DNA of 32,000 nucleotides from Moraxella nasicaprae (GTDB lineage Bacteria; Pseudomonadota; Gammaproteobacteria; Pseudomonadales; Moraxellaceae): NCBI RefSeq assembly GCF_025643275.1, contig NZ_CP089977.1, positions 1,170,001 to 1,202,000 of the forward strand, read 5' to 3'. Shown piece by piece: positions 25,599 to 32,000 of this stretch (position 1 is its first letter; each line of letters starts with the position of its first letter). The notes under the pieces were generated by a model. It saw only the letters and a program-made list of their open reading frames with translations, ran no database searches and was not told where the DNA came from. The position numbers and the translations under genes were made by a program.

Positions 25599-26774
25599 AT
25601 GGCTGTGAATAAAATAAGTTATCTGGCTATTTGTGATAATCCAGAACAAATTGTGCAGTTGCTAGGCTATGAAAAAATCAACAAACAAATTTCTTTTGAG
25701 AATTGTGGTGCTAATCTTTTGGTGTTAATTGATCAAAAATCAGCGTCAAATGCAGATGATTTGATTCAGAAAATTCGTCAAGAATTGAATGAGAATTTTT
25801 TGATCAATACTCAGATCATTCAATATCAACCAGAAGATATTATATATAGCCATGACTACACACAGATTGACGCAATTCGAAGTAGCACCCAGTTCATTCG
25901 AGAGAAAGTTGGTGTTAATGTTGTTGGTATTTTTTGTTCAGATTTACAAGATAGATTTACCAAAATTCACTTAGATGCCTTGCCGAAGTCAAGTGTTTAC
26001 TTGTTAAATAATGGGGTTTTTTCTTACCTTGAAAAATTAGTTAAGCACTGCGAATCTTGGGTGTCTTATTATAGACACAAAGGTGTGGTTCTAAATCATC
26101 TAAATCGAGTAAAGCAGGCCAATTTAATCCAAATGGATTTAGGGGTGCCTAACAGTTATTTAAATCAACGCCCTGTCCATTTAGACCTTATTCATCATAA
26201 GGTTACAGAAGTTGCTCAAAGCAAAAATGTCTTTTTGGGGCTTGATGTTCAGAAGCGATCCATTATGACAATGCAAGAACAAGATTATTGGCTAAAAAAG
26301 GCGTTGTCAATAAAACTTGAGAAAGGCTTTGGTGCTGTGTTTTTGGGTCAAAATCTTGCCAGTTTTTGTAATAATTTTCATTTTAGAGATGAGCTTGAAT
26401 TACATCTTGAAGTGTGTGAAAAACTTTTGCAAAAATATCAAAAAATCATTTTTGTGCCAGATGCTGAATCTAGACCAAAAATGATAGAATTGATGAAGCA
26501 AAAACTATCCAATCCTGACAATGTCCTATTTATGGATTTTGGTACTTATGCGGAATCTTTGGTTTTTGTTGAAAATGCACCCAAGATTTTTGTGGGTTTC
26601 TATAATTCATCATTGTGGAATCTAAAAAACATATTAGATTGCGATGAGGTGTACAATGCATTAGGTTGGGATACGTTGAAGCTCTATCAAGAGCTTGCTT
26701 TTGAGATTCATAAGCAGGCATATAGAAAGTCCAGACTGCATTTTTATTCTTTTGATAAGCTACTACTTGGCTAA
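25599..26774 (+). CDS. degenerate GT38-like / GT-B-like protein of unknown function
   Basis: 391 aa with its start 2 nt after the previous stop. It keeps the spacing of the GT38 triad but with altered residues: VYLLNNGVFSY (vs EEG.G.Y), IIFVPDAESRP (vs LHPK) and GFYNSSLWN (vs TSS). Confidence 0.45.
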   Translation: MAVNKISYLAICDNPEQIVQLLGYEKINKQISFENCGANLLVLIDQKSASNADDLIQKIRQELNENFLINTQIIQYQPEDIIYSHDYTQIDAIRSSTQFIREKVGVNVVGIFCSDLQDRFTKIHLDALPKSSVYLLNNGVFSYLEKLVKHCESWVSYYRHKGVVLNHLNRVKQANLIQMDLGVPNSYLNQRPVHLDLIHHKVTEVAQSKNVFLGLDVQKRSIMTMQEQDYWLKKALSIKLEKGFGAVFLGQNLASFCNNFHFRDELELHLEVCEKLLQKYQKIIFVPDAESRPKMIELMKQKLSNPDNVLFMDFGTYAESLVFVENAPKIFVGFYNSSLWNLKNILDCDEVYNALGWDTLKLYQELAFEIHKQAYRKSRLHFYSFDKLLLG

Positions 26775-26794
26775 AAAAAACAGGTGATTAACTT

Positions 26795-28144
26795 ATGTTT
26801 GAGCTAGAAAGACAAACGCAACAGTGGTTTGATCAAAAAAATTATGATGCTGTTATAGATTTTTACAAAAAAAAGCAGTCTACAGAATTTTCTGACGAGC
26901 TATTGAAATTGGTTGCAATTTCATACTATCGGAAAAACTTGCCAGATAACTGCTTGAATGTATTGCATAAAATTTCTAAAAATTTTCTAAAAGAAGATTA
27001 TCTATTAAATGAAATTTTGGCACATTGTTATTTAAAAAATGGAAATTTTGATGCGGCTTACGATGCATTGTCTGTGGCATTGAATTTAAGACCCAATTTA
27101 ATTCAAGCTCGCCATAGACTACTGGTTTTGTCAGCAAGAAAAGGATTGGTTATTACCAAGCAAGAAATCGATCATTGCTGGAATAATGCGATTAAGATTG
27201 GTGACAAAAATTGGATTAGAGAACTGGCTTATATATATTATAGCAAGGGCTATTATACCGAAGCCAATCGGTGTATTGATAAAATTGTAGAGCTTGGCGG
27301 TCAGTTAGATTTATTGGATAGGTTGGCATATACAGCAGCTGGTCAAAGCACGCGGCACTATGAACCTAAGCAATATTTTAAAGAGCGATTTGTGCAATCT
27401 ACCCAGAATAGCGATCATTTGGTTGTTATTCTGTCGCCAGATCATAACTTTGCTTTTAAAGCTTATCAGTTTTCGACTTCTCTTGATTTATTATATATCG
27501 CTGACGAAACGTATTCTTGGTATTGTTTTTTAGCAAATGAATTATCCGAATTCTTAATTGAAAAAATATCAAAGTTTGGGTATAAGAAGGTAACCTTGCT
27601 AGGCGGATCTAAAGCGGCAAGTGGTACTTTGGTTTTGTATCAATATCTGATAAAGAAAATAAAGATACCTGTAAATTGCATCGCTTTTTCTCCACAGATT
27701 GACTTGTATCCCTACAATAACAATTTGATTATCCCTACTTACTTAACACTATCAACCTACTTTGCTGTACATCCAGCGGCATATTTTATGATGAATAAGG
27801 TTTTGCAACCCAAGCATATACAGGTAAGGGCAGGGGATAGTGTTAAAATATTTTATGGCAAAGGATTTGAGATGGATAAGGTTGAGGCTCAAAAAATCCC
27901 ACAGTCATCAGGTGTAGAGGTGATCGGATTGGATTTTTCCGGTCATTCTACCAGTATACCATATACTATTCCAGAAGGTCGAACCTATGAACAGTTAAAA
28001 ACTTTTTATGCCAAGTTGTCTGATTTGGATGATAAGGATTTTCAGGCGTTAGGCGGAGGACAAACGGTAAATTTAATTGATGAAATTTGGGCTTTATATC
28101 AAGACCCAGAAGTGGATTTAAATAAATTGATTGAGAAAAGCTAA
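26795..28144 (+). CDS. TPR-repeat protein fused to an alpha/beta-hydrolase-like domain (candidate capsule O-acetyltransferase/esterase)
   Basis: 449 aa. The N-terminal roughly 190 aa are TPR-like (LAHCYLKNGNFDAAYDALSVALNLRPNLIQA). The C-terminal half has a nucleophile-elbow-like VTLLGGSKAASG and a distal FSGHS, the arrangement I recall for the alpha/beta-hydrolase-fold capsule O-acetyltransferases of N. meningitidis (CsaC/OatWY). Confidence 0.55.
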   Translation: MFELERQTQQWFDQKNYDAVIDFYKKKQSTEFSDELLKLVAISYYRKNLPDNCLNVLHKISKNFLKEDYLLNEILAHCYLKNGNFDAAYDALSVALNLRPNLIQARHRLLVLSARKGLVITKQEIDHCWNNAIKIGDKNWIRELAYIYYSKGYYTEANRCIDKIVELGGQLDLLDRLAYTAAGQSTRHYEPKQYFKERFVQSTQNSDHLVVILSPDHNFAFKAYQFSTSLDLLYIADETYSWYCFLANELSEFLIEKISKFGYKKVTLLGGSKAASGTLVLYQYLIKKIKIPVNCIAFSPQIDLYPYNNNLIIPTYLTLSTYFAVHPAAYFMMNKVLQPKHIQVRAGDSVKIFYGKGFEMDKVEAQKIPQSSGVEVIGLDFSGHSTSIPYTIPEGRTYEQLKTFYAKLSDLDDKDFQALGGGQTVNLIDEIWALYQDPEVDLNKLIEKS

Positions 28145-28148
28145 AAAA

Positions 28149-28180
28149 ATCCCTGTTTAGAATGCTAAACAGGGATTTTT
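28149..28180. terminator. bidirectional rho-independent terminator between convergent capsule genes
   Basis: The perfect 12-bp stem ATCCCTGTTTAG (28149-28160) pairs with CTAAACAGGGAT (28165-28176) around a 4-nt loop. It is flanked by A7 on the left and T4 on the right. Confidence 0.75.
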
Positions 28181-28183
28181 ACT

Positions 28184-30106
28184 TCATAGTGACTGTTTTT
28201 GGATATGTAATTGCAGGTATTTCAATTCTTGGGCGTGTTGAAAGACCATTTTGAGTCCAGCCTGATGAGTGCAGCCCGATTCATTTAGATTTTTCAAAAA
28301 TTCGTCAGCCAGTGAGAAACTGCGTACTTCTGGGAACAGGAGTTGTGTATAAAATAAAGATGATGATGTGATGCTGTGCAACGCCTCAGGTTTGATCGCT
28401 GATACCAGTAGCTCAATTCTGATTGGTTGGTTAAAATCAATAAAAGCAAATTGATGAGTAACATCAAGTTCTTCAATAAGTTTTTGAATAACAGCTCTAT
28501 CGGAGAAATTTTTTGGATGTAATTGAAATACAATTAGATGATCCTTGGGAACGGTATTATCCAATGCCTTGATAACCGCTTGATAATGTTCTTCGGTTGC
28601 AAAGCCAAATGTTTGATCCGCATAGACGGATATAGGTAATGATTTTGGGTTGTGCTTTTGAATCGTTGTTTGAATATCTTCAATCAAATTTTGGTTTTCT
28701 AAAATGTATTGTTCAACAGGATTGTATTTTTCGCTCTGAACGGTCGGCAACATAGAAGGTACGGCAATATAAATTGAATCAAATTCTAAAAAGCCTTTGA
28801 TGGCCTTTTTCATAATACTGTTACCGAAATTTTCAATCAGAGATTCCTGAGTGTAATTCCGAAAATGCTTTGGCTGAGAAATGTAATGTCGGTAATTTTT
28901 ATTAATATGCAGTCGATTGATCTGATCGTATGTACCCAAACCTTCTTCAATTAAAAACACTTTTGATTGCAGAGATTTTGCTGTATGACACAGAATGGCT
29001 GTTCTGTATTCAGAACTTGTAACAATCAAATTATTTAATCTTGTTTTTTTAATAAGCTGTTCGTAGCGTTTATTAAAAATGAAAAAATCTAAAAAATTTA
29101 CTTGATTGCTTAGATGAATTTCATAAAATTTTAAGGAGGTATCTTGATTGTGCAGGTTGTTTTCGAGATGGTAATTGATAATTAAGTCCATCATCTTTAG
29201 ATTAAGGCGAGTGTATTGAGCAATAATTGTAATTTTTGCATATTTTTGATTGCTTGCTTGACAATTTATGGCATTAATATATTGGTTAAAAGTTTCTACA
29301 AAGTAAACAGCCTGACCTTCCAGACTTGTCTCATTAAGATCTAGATGATTTTTCAAAAAATATGTATAGTTTTTGTGCTCTATGATGGATTTCATGATAG
29401 CGGTCGGTGTTGGAAGGTTTTGTCCTATCTGTAGTGTAGCAAACTCGTCATTGCAGTTTAGTTTTTGCACTTTCTTTTGTTTAAATACATTGCTATATCC
29501 ATTTCTGGAGGCTGTGATGTTTGTTTTTATGAAATAATTAATGTCATTTTCGTCAAATTCGGTGTTAAATACATGAAAGTTGGGGAATTGTTTAAGGGTT
29601 TCTTGGAGGGTGTGGTTTTGTTTTGATAAATAGACAGCCCCAAATGGTTGTAGATTTTTGGTTTTAATAAAAGCCAATGGGTCAACATAGGATTTAGTAT
29701 GCATATACAAAGATTGGTAATCACGAGAAGCTTTTGCTAATGATAAATTGTTATTCAAGTCTACACAAATGCAATGGCAGGATTTTCCTACTGGGCGTAG
29801 CATACTTTCAAGTATGGCAGACCACAAAAAAGCTGCCGACGAAGAATATTTGGAGCCAAAAATAATTACTTTTTCTATATTTTGTGCTTGAATAAAGTCA
29901 AATAATTTTTCACAAACAAGCTCCGTTTTGTATAAAAAAAACGAACCAATCCCTTCGGTGATTTCTAGCAGTGAAACACTTTTTCCTAGAGGGGATGGCA
30001 AGTCAAATTTATTGATAGATGTGGATAGTGAAATAAGCAAATCAGAATGATTTTCACCTGCCTGATATTGATATTGGTAATTGAAAGGTAGGTTAAGTTG
30101 TGCCAT
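28184..30106 (-). CDS. two-domain protein: N-terminal hydrolase-like module plus C-terminal GT38-type sialyltransferase domain
   Basis: 640 aa. The C-terminal roughly 300 aa carry VFLIEEGLGTY, IVFQLHPKN and HSITSSSLFY (the GT38 triad). The N-terminal roughly 200 aa (…DLLISLSTS…LLEITEGIGSFFLY…EKVIIFGSKYSSSAAFLW) are collinear with the hydrolase-like half of ORF 26795..28144. Confidence 0.65.
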   Translation of the reverse strand: MAQLNLPFNYQYQYQAGENHSDLLISLSTSINKFDLPSPLGKSVSLLEITEGIGSFFLYKTELVCEKLFDFIQAQNIEKVIIFGSKYSSSAAFLWSAILESMLRPVGKSCHCICVDLNNNLSLAKASRDYQSLYMHTKSYVDPLAFIKTKNLQPFGAVYLSKQNHTLQETLKQFPNFHVFNTEFDENDINYFIKTNITASRNGYSNVFKQKKVQKLNCNDEFATLQIGQNLPTPTAIMKSIIEHKNYTYFLKNHLDLNETSLEGQAVYFVETFNQYINAINCQASNQKYAKITIIAQYTRLNLKMMDLIINYHLENNLHNQDTSLKFYEIHLSNQVNFLDFFIFNKRYEQLIKKTRLNNLIVTSSEYRTAILCHTAKSLQSKVFLIEEGLGTYDQINRLHINKNYRHYISQPKHFRNYTQESLIENFGNSIMKKAIKGFLEFDSIYIAVPSMLPTVQSEKYNPVEQYILENQNLIEDIQTTIQKHNPKSLPISVYADQTFGFATEEHYQAVIKALDNTVPKDHLIVFQLHPKNFSDRAVIQKLIEELDVTHQFAFIDFNQPIRIELLVSAIKPEALHSITSSSLFYTQLLFPEVRSFSLADEFLKNLNESGCTHQAGLKMVFQHAQELKYLQLHIQKQSL

Positions 30107-30275
30107 TTTGTAGCCTTTGGTTGTGTTGTATGAATGAATAAGATATCACTAGGTTATTTTACTAAAGAAAGCAATGCTTTGGCAAGATTTTAGTCTATTA
30201 ATCTGTATTCTGTATTGAGACTTTATTGAATTTAAGGTTTTATAGCATGATAGAATGCGGTTTAATTTAATATTT

Positions 30276-30987
30276 GGGGCTGTACTAGAATAACACCCAT
30301 GTTATACTAGTTTTATGAAGATAACCCATTGTAAATTAAGTAAAAAAGTACAAAAAAGGTTGCTTGAATTTTTTGTACTTGAAGTTACTGCTCGTTCAGC
30401 AGCTGATTTATTGCAAATACACCCAAATTCAGCAGCTTTATTCTATCACAAAATCAGACTTGTGATAGAATATCATTTAGCTCAAGAAACCAAAGAGCTT
30501 TTTGATGGCGAGATTGAGTTAGATGAAAGTTATTTTGGTGGTATCCGTAAGGGCAAACGAGGTCGAGGGGCTGCTGGTAAAACAGCGGTATTTGGTCTTT
30601 TAAAGCGTAATGGTAAAGTCTTTGTTGTTGTCGTTAAAGATACTAAGACAAATATACTAATGCCCATTATTACAAGTAAAATCAAACCTGACAGCATTGT
30701 TTATACTGATAGCTACAAAAGTTGCAATGCTCTTGATGTGAGTGATTTTAAGCATTTTAGGATTAACCATTCCAAAGAATTTGCACAAGACCACAACCAC
30801 ATCAACGGTATTGAAAACTTCTGGTCGCAAGCCAAACGAGTGCTTAGAAAGTACAACGGCATTGACAAGAAAAACTTTCACTTATTCATCAAAGAATGTG
30901 AGTTTAGATTTAACTATGGCACACCATCTAATCAACTTAAAATATTGAGAAGGTGGTGTGGAGTTTAGGCTAATCTAGTACAGCCCC
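30276..30987 (+). mobile_element. intact IS1016-group insertion sequence (IS1595 family), 712 bp
   Basis: Perfect 14-bp terminal inverted repeats: GGGGCTGTACTAGA (30276-30289) and TCTAGTACAGCCCC (30974-30987). It is flanked by the 8-bp direct repeat TAATATTT (30268-30275 and 30988-30995). It has a single transposase ORF. Confidence 0.9.
30315..30968 (+). CDS. IS1595-family (IS1016-like) DDE transposase
   Basis: 217 aa. MKITHCKLSKKVQKRLLEFFVLEVTARSAADLL...GEIELDESYFGG.RKGKRGRGAAGKTAVFGLLKRNGKV...INHSKEF...HINGIENFWSQAKRVLRKYNGI is very close to my recollection of the Haemophilus/Neisseria IS1016 transposase. Confidence 0.9.
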   Translation: MKITHCKLSKKVQKRLLEFFVLEVTARSAADLLQIHPNSAALFYHKIRLVIEYHLAQETKELFDGEIELDESYFGGIRKGKRGRGAAGKTAVFGLLKRNGKVFVVVVKDTKTNILMPIITSKIKPDSIVYTDSYKSCNALDVSDFKHFRINHSKEFAQDHNHINGIENFWSQAKRVLRKYNGIDKKNFHLFIKECEFRFNYGTPSNQLKILRRWCGV

Positions 30988-31510
30988 TAATATTTTGCAA
31001 AAATACTTCTTGCAAAACTTATTTTGTGCTAAAATACTAAAATGAACAATGAGTTCTCCATATACTTATCTGATGGCAAGTTCAAATGCCTAATGGCATT
31101 CAACGAATTGTCTTTTAGTAGATGATTGGTTGGTGCAATTTTGTTTGCTCATCATTTTAAGGCGGATAAGGCTTTTGCTTATTCGCCAAAAATTCTGACC
31201 TTCTATCATTATCAAAACAAATACAGACAAGCTGTGAATACTTAAGCTAAAATTGTCCTAATGCAATCGCTGATCTGTTGTGATTCAGGGTTGTAGCCAA
31301 GGATTTGCATCAAAAACTGACATTTCTTTGGATGAGGATAATAAGATTGATATGAAGTATTTACAAATGTTGGATTTGGAATACTGCTCTGATATTTCGG
31401 TTAATTATCATTGTAGTGACAATCATAATGTTTTGCATTATGTGATAAGAATGTTGAATTTGAAAGATTGTATAATTTTGCTATTGATAGAATATAAAAG
31501 GTAAATTGAA

Positions 31511-32000
31511 GTGAAAATCACCCACGCCATCATTCCCACCGCAGGCTTTGGTACTCGTATGCTTCCTCTCTCAAAAGCTGTACCAAAAGAGCTGTTGCCC
31601 CTTGGTAATCGCCCCTCTATCCATTATGTGATTGAAGAGGCTATTAAGGCAGGCATCAAAAACATCGTTCTTGTCAATCACGCCCAAAAGTCAGCAATAG
31701 AGAACTATTTTGACATCAACAGTGAGCTGGACACTCAGCTTAGAAATAAGGGCAAAGACAGTCTGGCTGATAGCCTAAACTTTTTGCCTGATGATGTGGT
31801 GATTACCAGTGTGAGGCAAGGCAAACCTTTGGGCTTAGGACACGCTGTCTTACAGGGGCGTGCGGTGGTGGGTGATAATCCGTTTGCTGTCCTGCTTCCT
31901 GATGTGGTGCTAAATCCTTATGAGACCGATTATGCCAGTCAAAACTTGGCGTTTATGATGAATGAATTTGAGAGAACTGGGCGTAGTCAAATCCTTGTAG
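31511..32000 (+). CDS. galU: UTP--glucose-1-phosphate uridylyltransferase, 3' end cut by the window edge
   Basis: It is missing from the track because no stop lies in-window. From GTG 31511 it reads VKITHAIIPTAGFGTRMLPLSKAVPKELLPLGNRPSIHYVIEEAIKAGIKNIVLV...KSAIENYFD...RQGKPLGLGHAVL, the canonical GalU N-terminus. Confidence 0.9.
   Translation, partial: MKITHAIIPTAGFGTRMLPLSKAVPKELLPLGNRPSIHYVIEEAIKAGIKNIVLVNHAQKSAIENYFDINSELDTQLRNKGKDSLADSLNFLPDDVVITSVRQGKPLGLGHAVLQGRAVVGDNPFAVLLPDVVLNPYETDYASQNLAFMMNEFERTGRSQILV

Noticed and set aside
31042-31504. Small ORFs (27 aa at about 31042; 74 aa at 31280..31504) and an imperfect hairpin near 31163-31190 between the IS and galU
   Set aside because: The sequence is AT-rich and low in complexity. 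There are no SD sequences or family resemblance, and the hairpin has mismatches and no T tract in the right orientation.
1-32000. Search by eye for CRISPR arrays, tRNA/rRNA genes, integrase/att sites and toxin-antitoxin pairs
   Set aside because: I saw no regularly spaced repeat array, no cloverleaf-like or rRNA-like conserved segments, and no integrase/recombinase ORF. The accessory inserts therefore have no visible mobilisation genes apart from the IS1016-like element.

Overview
By gene content and protein similarity this looks like a Moraxellaceae (probably Moraxella) chromosomal segment; that assignment is inference. A housekeeping backbone of mid GC is visible: aroE, pabC, mltG, tmk, dapA, purC, parC, ettA, kdsD/kpsF and galU. 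Three visibly AT-rich accessory inserts interrupt it; by eye, sampled lines run roughly 30% GC against about 45-50% in the backbone, and this was not computed. (1) 10.8-12.2 kb holds a tandem array of three diverged 4-TM paralogs. Their 5' and 3' ends are near-identical at the nucleotide level, and the first copy is frameshifted. (2) 13.9-16.9 kb, directly after ettA, is a small defence-type islet. It carries an overlapping ABC/SMC-type ATPase plus DUF4435/Toprim-like gene pair (PARIS/OLD-like), a decayed SWIM-protein fragment and an orphan SRA/YDG-like modified-base reader. (3) 18.4-31.0 kb is a sialic-acid polysaccharide locus. It has neuC-neuA-neuB in the Neisseria css order and an unusually rich transferase set: two clear GT38-type sialyltransferase domains, one degenerate GT38-like ORF, a GT2 with a long N-terminal extension, and a NeuE-position ORF. 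It also has a TPR plus alpha/beta-hydrolase (capsule O-acetyltransferase-like) protein whose hydrolase-like module recurs at the N-terminus of the 640-aa sialyltransferase. No kpsMT/DE/CS export genes lie in the window. The locus ends at an intact 712-bp IS1016-group (IS1595 family) element with perfect 14-bp inverted repeats and an 8-bp target duplication. Smaller points are a consensus sigma70 promoter with a G8 tract in its spacer driving a 26-codon hydrophobic mini-ORF, an Ile at the ParC QRDR hotspot, and a 93-aa BamC-position lipoprotein. No rRNA, tRNA or CRISPR array was seen.
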